Source of the DNA: Desulfobacterales bacterium
Lineage (GTDB): Bacteria; Desulfobacterota; Desulfobacteria; Desulfobacterales; UBA5616
Direction: 5' to 3'
DNA: 64,000 bases
NCBI GenBank assembly: GCA_046483495.1
Contig: JAWODC010000009.1
Span: forward strand, 1 to 64,000
This document shows positions 8,817 through 19,598 of this stretch, one piece after another. Under the pieces are notes generated by a model. That model ran no database searches and had not been told where the DNA came from. It worked only from the letters and a program-made list of their open reading frames with translations. A program made the translations under genes and the position numbers. Each line of letters starts with the position of its first letter. Position 1 is the first letter of the stretch.

Positions 8817-10580
8817 ATGATTACAGACAAACTGCTGCACCGCATAAAACCCCGGCATCGAACCATTCTGGGAATGATCTTTGAGAACCGGTATCGACTG
8901 CTCCTCGCAATGGTGTGCATGCTGGTCATTGCTGCGACAACGGCGGGCATCGCGTACATGGTAAAACCGGTGATCGACCGGATATTCATCCAAAAAGACA
9001 TGGACATGCTCAAGCTCCTTCCCTTTGCCGTGGTGCTGATCAGCCTTTTGAAAAACCTTGCTACTTACGGACAGACGTACTTGATGCAGTATGTCGGCCA
9101 GCAAATCATCTGGGATCTTCGGAACCGCTTGTACGGCCATATTCTGGATATGCCGATTGCCTTTTTCCACCGGGAGAAAACCGGGACCCTAATGGCCCGG
9201 GTGACCAGTGATGTGGCAATCGTTAAAAACATGGTGTCCTCCTCGGTGACCGGTGCATTGAAAGACTGTTTCAGTATTATCGGGTTGACCGCCGTCATCT
9301 TTTACCAGGACTGGCAAATGGCTGTTATCGCCCTGGTCGTCATTCCCCTTATATTTATGCCCGTGGTGAAAATCGGCCGCCGCGTCCGGCGGGTCGCCAT
9401 GCGGCGCCAGGAAAGCGTCGGGGATTTGAGTGCGTTCCTTCACGAGACCTTTGCCGGGAACAAAATCGTCAAGGCTTTCGGCATGGAATCCTATGAGAAA
9501 AAACGGTTTCTGGCAAAAAGCGGCAGGCTGTTCAAAATGGAGTTGAAGCAGGTCCGCGCAAAGGCCCTTTCCTCGCCTTTCATTGACTTTCTGGGGTATA
9601 TCGCCATCGCCGTCATTATTTTTTACGGGGGATTCAAGGTGATCGCGGGCGAATCCACGCCCGGCACCTTCTTCTCCTTTATCGCGGCCGTAGGCATGCT
9701 CTACGAACCGATTAAAAAGTTGAGCCAGGTCAACAACACGGTTCAGGAAGGATTGGCGGCGGTGGACCGGATTTTCGACGTAATGGAAAGCCGGTCGGAA
9801 ATCCGTGAAGCTGAAAATCCGATCGTGCTGCAGACCGGACCTCACAGGGTGTCGTTTAAGCACGTCTTCTTCAAGTATGATTCGGAATATGTTCTGAACG
9901 ATATCAACCTCGAGGTAAAACCCGGTGAAATCGTGGCGCTGGCCGGTATGAGCGGGGGCGGGAAAACCACCCTGGTCAACCTGATCCCCCGGTTTTACGA
10001 TGTCAGCGAGGGCTCTGTTGAAATCGACGGTATCGACGTCCGGAACATTGGATTGGCATCCTTGAGGCGGCAGATCGCCGTGGTCACCCAGGAGCCGATC
10101 CTGTTCAACGACACGGTCTACAACAACATCGCTTACGGCAATACGGCGGCAACCCGGGAAGATGTTGAAAATGCGGCGAAAGCGGCTTATGCATACGATT
10201 TCATCCGGGGTTTTCCCGATGGATTCGATACGGTCATCGGTGAGCTGGGTGCCCGCCTTTCCGGAGGTGAAAAGCAGCGGATGTGCGTGGCCAGGGCCCT
10301 GTTGAAAAACGCTCCGATCCTGATCCTGGACGAGGCGACGTCCTCGCTGGATTCGGAATCCGAGGCGCTTGTGCAGAAGGCCCTTGACAATCTCATGCGG
10401 GGCAGGACAACCTTCGTGATCGCACACCGCCTGTCCACAATTTTAAATGCCGATAACATACTGATGATCGTAAACGGACAAGTTGTCGAACAGGGCAGCC
10501 ACGGCGACCTGCTGAATCTGAAACAGGAATACTTCAAATTGTACAACATGCAATACCGGCACGCGTCAAAAAGCGTCTGA
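8817..10580 (+). CDS. msbA: Lipid A export ABC transporter
   Basis: Membrane domain plus NBD (GMSGGGKT, LSGGEKQR, ILILDEAT, IAHRLS) in the lipid A operon. Start trimmed to MITDK. Confidence 0.9.
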   Translation: MITDKLLHRIKPRHRTILGMIFENRYRLLLAMVCMLVIAATTAGIAYMVKPVIDRIFIQKDMDMLKLLPFAVVLISLLKNLATYGQTYLMQYVGQQIIWDLRNRLYGHILDMPIAFFHREKTGTLMARVTSDVAIVKNMVSSSVTGALKDCFSIIGLTAVIFYQDWQMAVIALVVIPLIFMPVVKIGRRVRRVAMRRQESVGDLSAFLHETFAGNKIVKAFGMESYEKKRFLAKSGRLFKMELKQVRAKALSSPFIDFLGYIAIAVIIFYGGFKVIAGESTPGTFFSFIAAVGMLYEPIKKLSQVNNTVQEGLAAVDRIFDVMESRSEIREAENPIVLQTGPHRVSFKHVFFKYDSEYVLNDINLEVKPGEIVALAGMSGGGKTTLVNLIPRFYDVSEGSVEIDGIDVRNIGLASLRRQIAVVTQEPILFNDTVYNNIAYGNTAATREDVENAAKAAYAYDFIRGFPDGFDTVIGELGARLSGGEKQRMCVARALLKNAPILILDEATSSLDSESEALVQKALDNLMRGRTTFVIAHRLSTILNADNILMIVNGQVVEQGSHGDLLNLKQEYFKLYNMQYRHASKSV

Positions 10581-10597
10581 TCGGGGGGGGCGGCACA

Positions 10598-11197
10598 TTG
10601 AATCTGAGGTTTATCAGAAAAAACAGAATCGTCGTATCACGGATTGCGGCGATTATCCTGTTAATGGTGTTCGTTTTTACGCGAACCGATATCGAAAATA
10701 CGTTCGTCAGGGTTTTCATGAATTCGGCGGGCCTGCTGCTGATTACCGTGGGGGCCTTCGGGCGCATCTGGTCGTCCATGTTCATTTGCGGATACAAGCG
10801 GAGAAAAATTATCGACACCGGACCCTATGCGATTACGAGAAACCCGCTCTATCTTTTCAGCTTCATCGCCGCTTTGGGGATTTCCCTTACAACATTGAAC
10901 GTTATCTTCATCATCCTGATGATCATGCTCTTCATCGGCTATTATGTCCTTGTCGTTATCAGCGAGGAGAAAAATCTCGAGCGGATCCATGGAAAACCCT
11001 ACCTGGACTATCTGGCGAATACACCGCGATTTTTTCCCAACTTCAAGAAGTTCGTGCTGCCGGAACGGTACGATGTCGATGTAAAGACCTATTCACGAGC
11101 GTTTCTCGATGCCGTCTGGTTCTTTGTCGCTTACGTGATGATCGATATCGTGAAGCTGCTTCAACAACAGCATGTCATTCCTTTGGTGTTCGGGTAA
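10598..11197 (+). CDS. Isoprenylcysteine carboxyl methyltransferase (ICMT/PEMT) family membrane protein; candidate lipid A methyltransferase
   Basis: Hydrophobic, with GPYAITRNPLY, EE..L...G..Y..Y and PRFFP motifs; TTG start. Confidence 0.8.
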   Translation: MNLRFIRKNRIVVSRIAAIILLMVFVFTRTDIENTFVRVFMNSAGLLLITVGAFGRIWSSMFICGYKRRKIIDTGPYAITRNPLYLFSFIAALGISLTTLNVIFIILMIMLFIGYYVLVVISEEKNLERIHGKPYLDYLANTPRFFPNFKKFVLPERYDVDVKTYSRAFLDAVWFFVAYVMIDIVKLLQQQHVIPLVFG

Positions 11198-11215
11198 CCC
11201 GCCGCTCGGTGGCTT

Positions 11216-12355
11216 ATGACCATGTTTTCGATCTTATATCGCTACGTATTTACGGGGATGATGGGTCCTTTTGCCGTCAATCTCGTATTTTTCAGCCTGA
11301 TTTTTCTCACCACGAAACTGCTTGAGATCACCAATCTGATCGTGAATTACCGCATCGGGTTTTTCAATATCCTGATGCTGTTCATGTATTCCATGCCGGC
11401 GTTTTTGGTGTTCGTGATTCCCATGTCCGTGATGATGGGGGTGCTGCTGACCTTTCTGCGCATGTCGACGGACAACGAAATTCTGGCCCTGAAGTCAGGC
11501 GGCGTCAGTCTTTACCGAATGCTGCCGCCGGTTGCTGCATTTTCAGTCATCGGCGCCGTTCTAACGGCGGTGATGACGTTCTGGGGTATGCCGTGGGGGA
11601 ATTCGGCTTTCGAGGACGTGGTGTATCGGATGTCGACGGCCAATCCCAACATCGCATTGAAAGAACGAACCTTCAATGATGCCTTCGACGATGTCCTGCT
11701 GTACGCAGACACGATCGACCTGAAAGAAAACACGATGCAGGATATTTTCATCGAAGACCGGCGAAGCGCCGGTCAGGTCGGCACCATCATCGCCGACAAG
11801 GGCAAGCTGATCGGCAAACCGAAGGATTTCGTGGTGGCGATGCGGCTCTATGACGGGCTCATCAACCGGGTCGACATCGAAAAAAAGACGAGCAGCACCA
11901 CGACGTTTCACACCTACGACATGGCAATCAGCCTGAAAAATGCCGCGGCGGCATCGGAAAAACGAAAGGATAAAGACGAAGAGGAGATGCGTTTCTCGGA
12001 GCTGCGGCAATTCATTGCCGGTGCAAAGGAGAAAAATACGGATTATTACAAGGCGCTGATCGAATTTCACAACAAGTTTTCCATTCCTGCGGCATGCCTT
12101 GTGCTCGGGCTGCTCGCCGTACCCCTCGGTGTCCGGGCGAAGGCCCGGAAAAAATCGTACGGTTTGGGATTGGGTCTGTTTTTCTTTCTCTGTTATTATG
12201 CTCTGATGTCCCTGGGATGGGTGCTGGGGGAGTCCGGCACGTATCCGCCGGCTATCGGCATCTGGGTGCCGAATGTCGTTATGGGTGGGGTGGCCGTTTT
12301 TATGTTCGTTCGTTCGGCTGCTGAGAAGCCTTTGGGGTTTTGGAAGAGGGGATAA
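11216..12355 (+). CDS. lptF: LPS export permease LptF
   Basis: RMSTDNEILALKSGG motif; 3+3 TM helices around a periplasmic domain; paired with lptG. Confidence 0.92.
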   Translation: MTMFSILYRYVFTGMMGPFAVNLVFFSLIFLTTKLLEITNLIVNYRIGFFNILMLFMYSMPAFLVFVIPMSVMMGVLLTFLRMSTDNEILALKSGGVSLYRMLPPVAAFSVIGAVLTAVMTFWGMPWGNSAFEDVVYRMSTANPNIALKERTFNDAFDDVLLYADTIDLKENTMQDIFIEDRRSAGQVGTIIADKGKLIGKPKDFVVAMRLYDGLINRVDIEKKTSSTTTFHTYDMAISLKNAAAASEKRKDKDEEEMRFSELRQFIAGAKEKNTDYYKALIEFHNKFSIPAACLVLGLLAVPLGVRAKARKKSYGLGLGLFFFLCYYALMSLGWVLGESGTYPPAIGIWVPNVVMGGVAVFMFVRSAAEKPLGFWKRG

Positions 12356-12357
12356 GA

Positions 12358-12444
12358 GTGGTTAAGTGGTTAGGTGGTTAGGTCAAAAGCAGTGAACCAT
12401 GAAGAGTGAACAGTTTGAAAAAACGGGTAATGGGTGATGGGTGA
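12358..12444. repeat. GTGGTTAG octamer, GTGAAC and GGGT(A/G)AT module
   Basis: Matches the reverse complement of 22665-22795, including the TCAAAAGCAGTGAACC linker. Confidence 0.9.
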
Positions 12445-12647
12445 GGATCGGTTCTGATTTAAGAAAAGCATTCGGGATCGAAATCGAAATCGGTATCGGT
12501 ATCGGTATCGAAATTCAAAAAAGAAAAAAACCGATCCCGATCCCGATTTCGATTTCGATGAGAAGCGAGCGTAGAACGTAAAATGTACGGCGAAGCCGCT
12601 TAATTTTGACCAAATAACAAACCGTGAGCGAAGCGAACGGCAACTTT
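12445..12647 (+). mobile_element. MITE-like element B, left part (ATCGGT/ATCCCG hexamer hairpin)
   Basis: Near-identical to 39416-39617 over about 200 bp; followed by C-rich heptamers at 12655-12703. Confidence 0.7.
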
Positions 12648-12709
12648 CTTTAATCCGTAACCCATAACCTATAGCCTATTACCCATAGCCTATAGCCCAT
12701 AGCTTTTCA

Positions 12710-13798
12710 ATGCCGATACTATACAAATACATCCTCAAAGAAATCGCAAAATACTTCACCATCGTGCTCGCGGCGGTGATGGGCGTATACCTCATGGTCG
12801 ATTTCTTCGAAAAAGTCGACAATTTCGTCTCTTCGGGTGTCGAAACCCGAAAGGCGGTCGCGCTGTTTATTTACAACCTGCCGCTGATCGTCACCCAGGT
12901 CTTGCCGTTTGCACTTCTGCTGGCCGTCCTTGTAGCGCTGGGCGTCATGAACCGGAACAATGAAATCATCGCCTTGAAAAGCGGCGGCATCGGCATCATC
13001 CACCTGATTAAACCAGTCATCGCCGTAAGCCTTCTGATGACGGTCGTGCTGTTTCTTCTTTCCGAAACGGTCATCCCCATCACCGCCCCGAAGGCAAACC
13101 GCATATGGATTCAAGACATCAAGAAAAAGGACATGACCACCACCCGGGAAAAGAATATTTGGATACGGGACAAGCGCCGGATCGCGCACATCACGTATTA
13201 CAATGCCGTCAAACAAACGGCCTTCGATGTAAGCCTGTATTTCTTCGACGACCGGTTCAACCTCATCCGGCGCCTCGATGCCGAAACCGGTGTATTCGAA
13301 GAGGAAAAATGGCGGCTCTACAACGTGGTCGACCAGGTCCGCGACCCGGAGGACACGGCATTTCGGACACGGGTGTACGCCTCCAAAACGGAGCAGCTGG
13401 GCCTTTCACCGGCGGACCTGCGCCGCATCTCGAGGAAATCCGAAGAAATGGGATTCGTCGAGCTTTATGAATACGTCGAAAAAATGAAGGCCGATGAATA
13501 TGACGTCACCACTTTGCGTGTCGATCTCCATGCAAAGGCCGCATTTCCCTTCATCTGTGTCATTATGGGTCTTCTTGGAACCGGCATCGGCGTCCGAAAG
13601 AGCACCCGGGAGGGGATGCCCGTGGGCATTGCCTACGGCATCGGCATTGCCTTTCTGTATTGGATGTTTCACAGCTTCAGCGTATCGCTGGGATACGGCG
13701 GGCTTCTGCCGCCGGTGGTTGCCGCCTGGGCGGCCGACGCGGTATTTTTAAGCTGGGCGATCTACTTTATTATCGACAGCGCTTTCGAGGGCGGATGA
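12710..13798 (+). CDS. lptG: LPS export permease LptG
   Basis: NNEIIALKSGG and LLPPVVAAW motifs; LptF/G architecture. Confidence 0.92.
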   Translation: MPILYKYILKEIAKYFTIVLAAVMGVYLMVDFFEKVDNFVSSGVETRKAVALFIYNLPLIVTQVLPFALLLAVLVALGVMNRNNEIIALKSGGIGIIHLIKPVIAVSLLMTVVLFLLSETVIPITAPKANRIWIQDIKKKDMTTTREKNIWIRDKRRIAHITYYNAVKQTAFDVSLYFFDDRFNLIRRLDAETGVFEEEKWRLYNVVDQVRDPEDTAFRTRVYASKTEQLGLSPADLRRISRKSEEMGFVELYEYVEKMKADEYDVTTLRVDLHAKAAFPFICVIMGLLGTGIGVRKSTREGMPVGIAYGIGIAFLYWMFHSFSVSLGYGGLLPPVVAAWAADAVFLSWAIYFIIDSAFEGG

Positions 13799-14946
13799 AG
13801 CATTTAAAATACGATATGCAAGCCGTCATGGACGGCACCCGGAAGCCCCGGCCGCCTATTGCCGTATTGCTTTTCATGCTGTCCAAGGTGTATCATGGGG
13901 TTGTTTTCGCGCGCAACCGTCTGTATGATCGGCGGATCATGCCGATCCGAAAACTGCCCTGCCGGGTGGTTTCCATCGGCAACATCTGCGTGGGGGGCAC
14001 CGGAAAAACCCCCATGACCGTGTACACGGCCCGGCTTCTGAAAGCCATGGGCTGCACGGTGAGCGTCATCAGTCGGGGCTACAAGGGAAAGGCCGAAAAG
14101 GCCGGAGGAATCGTGTCGGACGGCGAGTCCGTTTTGATGGATGCGGCTCATGCCGGTGACGAGCCCCGCATGATGGCGGGGATGCTGAAGGGGGTTCCCG
14201 TGATCATCGGCAGCGACCGGTATGCTGCGGGGATGAAGGCGGTGTCGGACTTCGGCGCCGAGATATTGGTTCTCGACGACGGCTTTCAGCACCGAAGAGT
14301 GTTTCGGGATGCCGATCTGGTGCTGCTCGATTATCGAAGGCCCTTCGGCAATTCGAGGCTGCTCCCCAGGGGACGGCTGCGGGAGCCCGTCGAGGCGATG
14401 GCCCGAAGCCACGGCATCGTCGCAACCCGATGCGGCGGGGAAGGCATCCAAACCATGCGGGAGCATTTTGCCCGGCAAAGGGTGCCCCGTGACAAACCGT
14501 GGTTTTTTGCACGGCACGAGGTGTTCATCGATCGTTATGTGGATGAATGGGAACCCGCAGGGGCGGGATTGATAACCGCCCGTCACGACTCGCCGGCAAG
14601 CGGCCGCATCCGGGATCTGAAGCTTCTGCGGCAGAAGCGGGTGTTCGGGTTTTCCGCCATTGCAGACAACCGGGGCTTTTTCGAAACGCTTTGCCGCTGT
14701 TCCGGGGAAGTCGTCGGGTTTTCGGGATTTCCGGATCATTACCGATATCGAAAAAGCGATGTCGATGCGATCATCCGTGCGGCCGGCGAAAAGAACGCCG
14801 GCATCATCGTGACAACGCGGAAAGACGCCGTGAAACTGCTTCCCGGCATGGCATGGCCCATTCCATGTGCTGTTCTCGGCTTGAATATCGTCATGGCGAA
14901 TGAAGACGAGTTCGCGGCGTTTCTGAAAGAGCGGATCGGAAAATGA
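13795..14946 (+). CDS. lpxK: Tetraacyldisaccharide 4'-kinase
   Basis: [39 protein letters not shown] and FPDHY. Start at the ATGA overlap. Confidence 0.96.
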   Translation: MKHLKYDMQAVMDGTRKPRPPIAVLLFMLSKVYHGVVFARNRLYDRRIMPIRKLPCRVVSIGNICVGGTGKTPMTVYTARLLKAMGCTVSVISRGYKGKAEKAGGIVSDGESVLMDAAHAGDEPRMMAGMLKGVPVIIGSDRYAAGMKAVSDFGAEILVLDDGFQHRRVFRDADLVLLDYRRPFGNSRLLPRGRLREPVEAMARSHGIVATRCGGEGIQTMREHFARQRVPRDKPWFFARHEVFIDRYVDEWEPAGAGLITARHDSPASGRIRDLKLLRQKRVFGFSAIADNRGFFETLCRCSGEVVGFSGFPDHYRYRKSDVDAIIRAAGEKNAGIIVTTRKDAVKLLPGMAWPIPCAVLGLNIVMANEDEFAAFLKERIGK

Positions 14947-14974
14947 AACGGGCTTCCGGCAGAAAGGGACGGAC

Positions 14975-15559
14975 ATGTTTGAAAACGATCTTGACGAGCA
15001 TATCGACTGCTTCAACCGGCTCGATACCCTGAAAAATGTCATCGTGGGTGCCGGATCCGATCTTGCCGCTGCATTGAAAAGCGGCCGGAAAATCCTGATT
15101 TGCGGCAACGGCGGATCGGCTGCGGACGCCCAGCATTTCGCCGGTGAAATCGTCGGACGCTTTACCCGTGAACGCAGAGCCTGGCCGGCCATGGCCTTGA
15201 CCACGGACAGCTCCATTGTCAGCGCGCTTGCCAACGATTACGGGTATGAAACGGTGTTTGCGCGTCAGGTGGAGGCCCACGGCTGTCCGGGGGATGTGCT
15301 GATCGGTATTTCAACGTCCGGAAATTCGGAAAATGTGATACGGGCTCTTGAAACGGCAAAGGCCGGCGGCATGAAAACCATCTCACTTTCCGGGGCCGGC
15401 GGCGGCGCCTTGAAGGAAACGGCCGACATCGGCATCGTGGTGCCGGCGGAAAAAACGGCGCGTATTCAGGAAGCCCATATTTTCATTCTCCACTGCTGGG
15501 CCGAAATGATCGAAACCATCATGTTGAAGGGCGAGGCGGTCGATGCGGGATTATCCTGA
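14975..15559 (+). CDS. gmhA: Sedoheptulose-7-phosphate isomerase
   Basis: [23 protein letters not shown] and RIQEAH. Confidence 0.96.
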   Translation: MFENDLDEHIDCFNRLDTLKNVIVGAGSDLAAALKSGRKILICGNGGSAADAQHFAGEIVGRFTRERRAWPAMALTTDSSIVSALANDYGYETVFARQVEAHGCPGDVLIGISTSGNSENVIRALETAKAGGMKTISLSGAGGGALKETADIGIVVPAEKTARIQEAHIFILHCWAEMIETIMLKGEAVDAGLS

Positions 15560-16991
15560 TTTTGCACATAACACGGTCCTGGTCATGGGTGATGTGATGC
15601 TGGACCGGTACTACTGGGGGGAGGTGGCGCGGATTTCGCCCGAGGCGCCCGTTCCCGTCGTTCATGTCAGGCAAAAATCATTGATGCCGGGCGGGAGCGG
15701 CAATGTGGCCATGAACCTGGCCGGGTTGGGGTGCCGCACGATGCTGCTCGGCGTCTGCGGGGATGACGGGGAAGGGGAGGCATTGGCGTCCGCCATCGCA
15801 TCGATGAACATCCACACACGGATCTTGCCGGTGAAGGGACGGTCCACCACCGTCAAGTCCCGGATCATCGGGCGGGGACAGCAGCTGCTGCGAATGGATG
15901 AAGAGCAGACCGGACCGCTGACCGATGACATGTATGAGCGGCTCTTCGCGGCATTCGAGGCGTGTGCCGACCGGGCGGATGCCGTCATTCTCTCGGATTA
16001 CGGCAAAGGCATCTTCAGCCGTGATTTGGCATTACGGATCATCGAAGCGTGCCGCCGCAGCGGCACGCCGGTGTTTGTCGATCCCAAAGGAAGCGACTGG
16101 GGGCGGTATCGGGGCGCAACCTGCATCACGCCGAATTTTGCCGAATTTGCACGGGTATCGCCGAACCTGATCGATGATGATGCATCCCTGGCCGCTGAAG
16201 CCGGGCGGGTTATGAAAACGTTCGACCTGTCCCATCTGCTGGTAACCCGGGGCGGCAAGGGCATGTCGCTGTTCAGCTCCGAAAAGGGCCCATGCCGCAT
16301 TGTCTCGGAGGCCAGGGAGGTGTACGACGTTTCCGGGGCGGGGGACACGGTGATTGCCACGGCGGCGTTGGCCGTCGGGGCGGGGATCGATATGGAGTCG
16401 GCGGCCCGGCTGGCAAATATCGCAGCCGGTATCGTCGTCGGAAAGCTGGGCACCCGTCCCATTCGTTCGGAAGAGCTCAGGCAGGCCTTTTACGGCCGAA
16501 TGATCGACGGTATGAACAAGACCCTGACGGTCGATGAGGCGGAGGAATTCATCACGCAGTGGCGAAGCGAGGGGAAAAGCATCGTCTTTACGAACGGATG
16601 TTTCGACATTCTCCACAATGGGCACATCAAACTGCTCCATGCCGCGGCAGAAGAAGGCGACCGGCTCGTGGTGGGGCTCAACTCGGACGCATCCGTGAAG
16701 AAGCTGAAAGGGCCGCTTCGTCCGGTCCTGGACCAGGACCAGCGGTCGGCCATCCTGGCCAGCTTGAAGTGCGTCGACATGGTGATCCTCTTTTCCGAGG
16801 AAACGCCCATTGAACTGATCCGTTGCATTCGGCCGGACGTGATCGTCAAGGGCGGGGATTACACGGTGAAAACGGTTATCGGCCACGACATCGTTCAACA
16901 GTACGGCGGGCGGGTCGTCATCTTTCCCCTGGTGGAGGGTTTGAGCACGACCGGTGTCATCGAACAGGTGAAAAACAGCCGGAGCATCTGA
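15543..16991 (+). CDS. hldE: Bifunctional heptose 7-phosphate kinase / heptose 1-phosphate adenylyltransferase
   Basis: RISPEAPVP and DVSGAGDT (kinase domain); [12 protein letters not shown] and KGGDY (adenylyltransferase domain). Confidence 0.96.
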   Translation: MRDYPDFAHNTVLVMGDVMLDRYYWGEVARISPEAPVPVVHVRQKSLMPGGSGNVAMNLAGLGCRTMLLGVCGDDGEGEALASAIASMNIHTRILPVKGRSTTVKSRIIGRGQQLLRMDEEQTGPLTDDMYERLFAAFEACADRADAVILSDYGKGIFSRDLALRIIEACRRSGTPVFVDPKGSDWGRYRGATCITPNFAEFARVSPNLIDDDASLAAEAGRVMKTFDLSHLLVTRGGKGMSLFSSEKGPCRIVSEAREVYDVSGAGDTVIATAALAVGAGIDMESAARLANIAAGIVVGKLGTRPIRSEELRQAFYGRMIDGMNKTLTVDEAEEFITQWRSEGKSIVFTNGCFDILHNGHIKLLHAAAEEGDRLVVGLNSDASVKKLKGPLRPVLDQDQRSAILASLKCVDMVILFSEETPIELIRCIRPDVIVKGGDYTVKTVIGHDIVQQYGGRVVIFPLVEGLSTTGVIEQVKNSRSI

Positions 16992-16993
16992 AA

Positions 16994-17542
16994 ATGAAAA
17001 AAGCCGTTTTTCTCGACCGGGACGGCATCGTGAATGTCGATACGGGGTATGTTTGTCGCATCGAGGATTTTTGCTTTACCGGGGACATCTTTCCCCTCTG
17101 CCGATTTTTTCAGGACAAGGGCTACCTCATCTTTATCATTACCAACCAGTCGGGCATCGGCAGGGGCTATTACACCATGGACCAGTACGGGGCGCTGACC
17201 GACTGGATGCTGGCGCGCTTCGAGGAGGCCGGCATTGCCGTTTCGAAGGTGTACTTCTGCCCACACCATCCCACCGACGGCATCGGGGAATATAAAATCG
17301 ACTGTCCATGCCGAAAACCGCACCCGGGCATGATCGTCAAGGCCGCCGGGGAATTCAACCTGGACTTGAAAGCGTCCATCCTGATCGGCGACCGCTCGAG
17401 CGACATACATGCCGGCATCCATGCCGGCGTCGGCCGCATGTTTTGGGTGGGCGGAGGCCCCGTAACGGATCTCCATGCCGGATCAGTGACGGTGGTGGAT
17501 GACATGGCCGAACTGATCCGGCAGCTCGAGTCCGGGTTGTGA
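16994..17542 (+). CDS. gmhB: D-glycero-D-manno-heptose 1,7-bisphosphate phosphatase
   Basis: [25 protein letters not shown] and IGD..SD. Confidence 0.95.
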   Translation: MKKAVFLDRDGIVNVDTGYVCRIEDFCFTGDIFPLCRFFQDKGYLIFIITNQSGIGRGYYTMDQYGALTDWMLARFEEAGIAVSKVYFCPHHPTDGIGEYKIDCPCRKPHPGMIVKAAGEFNLDLKASILIGDRSSDIHAGIHAGVGRMFWVGGGPVTDLHAGSVTVVDDMAELIRQLESGL

Positions 17543-17590
17543 ATCCGGGTCGAGTAATCTGAACAGGGGAATCTGAACGGGGGAAAGCCG

Positions 17591-18535
17591 ATGTCGAAAT
17601 ATACGGAAATCGATCTTACGAAGGTTCGCACCTACCCCGCGCTGGAGCGGAAATCGAAGGTGGACACCGCCCGGGAAGCCCAACCGCTATATCCGGGCAT
17701 GACCGTGAAGGCTTTCCTGGAGGCGCTCCCCGGGATTTTGAAGGCCGATGATTTCAAAAGCGTCGTACGGGCCGTGGCGGACGCACGCCGTCTCGAGAAG
17801 CCGGTAATCGTCATGCTCGGGGGACATGTCATAAAGACCGGTTGCAGCCCGGTCCTGGTCGATCTGGCAAAACGCGGCCTCGTCACCCATGTGGCGTCAA
17901 ACGGGTCGGCCGCGATTCACGATAGCGAGCTGGCGCTTTTCGGCCGCACCTCGGAGGATGTGGATGTCCAGCTTGAAACCGGTGATTTCGGCATGGCATC
18001 GGACCTGGCCGATTTTATCAACAACGGGGTGAAAACGGGCGCCGAACGCCGGGAAGGGTTCGGCGAGGCCATTGGACGAAAAATCGTCGAAAGCGGCGCC
18101 CCTTACGCAAGCCGGGCCCTCATCGCCGCCTGCTGGGAACTGAATATTCCGTATACGATCCACGTGGGAGTCGGGACGGATATCGTTCACCAGCACCCGA
18201 GCGCCGACGGGGCGGCGATCGGAGAGGCCTCCCTTCGGGATTTCCGCATCATGGCCGCGGCCGTATCCCGCCTGGGCGGCGGCGGTGTGGTTTTGAACCT
18301 CGGCAGTGCGGTGATCCTTCCCGAGGTGTTTCTCAAGTGCCTTGCCGTGGCCAGAAACACCGGACACGACGTCCGCAACTTCACCACCGCGAATTTCGAC
18401 ATGCTCCAGCACTACCGTCCCGGTGAAAACGTGGTCCGCCGGCCGGTGCTGCCCGGGGGCAGGGGGTATGCGATCACCGGCCACCATGAGATCATGATTC
18501 CCCTTTTGGCCGCCGCTATCCTGGAATACCTTTGA
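17591..18535 (+). CDS. Conserved hypothetical protein, possibly deoxyhypusine-synthase-like fold
   Basis: Clean 314-aa ORF co-oriented after gmhB, with motifs MLGGHVIK, NGSAAIHD, GTDIVHQHP, GSAVILPEVFLK and GHHEIMIPLL. The fold assignment is inference. Confidence 0.7.
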   Translation: MSKYTEIDLTKVRTYPALERKSKVDTAREAQPLYPGMTVKAFLEALPGILKADDFKSVVRAVADARRLEKPVIVMLGGHVIKTGCSPVLVDLAKRGLVTHVASNGSAAIHDSELALFGRTSEDVDVQLETGDFGMASDLADFINNGVKTGAERREGFGEAIGRKIVESGAPYASRALIAACWELNIPYTIHVGVGTDIVHQHPSADGAAIGEASLRDFRIMAAAVSRLGGGGVVLNLGSAVILPEVFLKCLAVARNTGHDVRNFTTANFDMLQHYRPGENVVRRPVLPGGRGYAITGHHEIMIPLLAAAILEYL

Positions 18536-18537
18536 TT

Positions 18538-18601
18538 GTTGGGATCGTTAGGATCGTTTCGAGCGTTTAGATCGTTAAGAACGCTCACAACGATCCCAAC
18601 G
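18538..18601. repeat. Nonamer (GGGATCGTT/AACGATCCC) hairpin between convergent genes
   Basis: GTTGGGATCGTT...AACGATCCCAAC inverted arms. Confidence 0.85.
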
Positions 18602-18604
18602 CCC

Positions 18605-19588
18605 TCACGTCTGTAATTTCCACTCGTAATCGGTTAGGAAACGGTCGATCCTTTTTCGCGAACGATGCCGCCTCTTGATGACCTTTCTCCAGCGCATTAA
18701 CGGATTCTTGATATTGTCGTATCCGGCACGCATAAAGTGCTTGTAAAAATAGTCATCGGCACGGTGATCGGGCAGAACGGCCCAGGGGTGTGTCATCTCA
18801 CGAATATCGCCCAGCGGGATGTCGGCGTATTTCGAGTGTTCCTTGCGGGTGTGGGTGGCCTCGGCTGAGAAGCCGATGTTTGACACAAGGTTGACCTGGG
18901 GAACGATGCACAACCCGTGATTGACCAGGATCGCATAAAACCACTGCCAATCCCAAGTGTCGCTCCCGTTTTCGTAGACGGTGATGAAGTATTTCCATAA
19001 AAAGTTTTGAATATCGAGGTCCCTCGAGAGGTTCTCCATACAGCGGCCGCGCACAAAGTCCGGAAATGTTTTCATGTGCAAATCATAATGCTTCCAGGCT
19101 CTCCGCCAGCTCGCCCATCCCCAGATCCACGGTGCGGATGAGAAGTAATACGCGGCATCGCCGCGTTGAATGCCGTTTTGAAAATTATTGCCCAAAATGG
19201 ACATAATGCGTTCATCGTCACGGTATTTTTCGAGAAGTTGACTGCAGAACGGAAAAAACGAGGCCGCCGGCAGGCAATCGTCCTCGAGAATAATGCCCGA
19301 TTCGACCTGGTCGAAAAACCAGGCGATTGCGGATGAAACCGCCATTCGGCATCCCAGGTTTTGGTCGATAAATCGGTGTCTTACCTCGCAATCCCAATCC
19401 ACCCGGCTGACGATATTCCGGGCGGAACGGCATTTTTCAGCATCCTGGGGTACATTCGGCCGCGGGCCGTCGGCCGCAATATATAAGAAACGGGGCCGGG
19501 CCCGGGCAATGGCCTCAAACACCCGCGCGGTCGTATCGGGGCGGTTGAAGATCAGCAATAAGACAGGGGTATCCTTATAGCTCGACAT
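18605..19588 (-). CDS. GT-A fold glycosyltransferase-like protein (nucleotide-diphospho-sugar transferase family)
   Basis: FNRPD, IAADGPR, NLGC, IILEDDC, WGWASWRRAW and NIGF. Start trimmed to MSSYK after a GAGGTG RBS. Confidence 0.8.
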   Translation of the reverse strand: MSSYKDTPVLLLIFNRPDTTARVFEAIARARPRFLYIAADGPRPNVPQDAEKCRSARNIVSRVDWDCEVRHRFIDQNLGCRMAVSSAIAWFFDQVESGIILEDDCLPAASFFPFCSQLLEKYRDDERIMSILGNNFQNGIQRGDAAYYFSSAPWIWGWASWRRAWKHYDLHMKTFPDFVRGRCMENLSRDLDIQNFLWKYFITVYENGSDTWDWQWFYAILVNHGLCIVPQVNLVSNIGFSAEATHTRKEHSKYADIPLGDIREMTHPWAVLPDHRADDYFYKHFMRAGYDNIKNPLMRWRKVIKRRHRSRKRIDRFLTDYEWKLQT

Positions 19589-19598
19589 GTAATTCACC

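Noticed and set aside
9189..15234. Long antisense ORFs (9189-10427 and 13804-15234)
   Set aside because: They are shadows of msbA and lpxK/gmhA in GC-rich DNA, with no motifs of their own.
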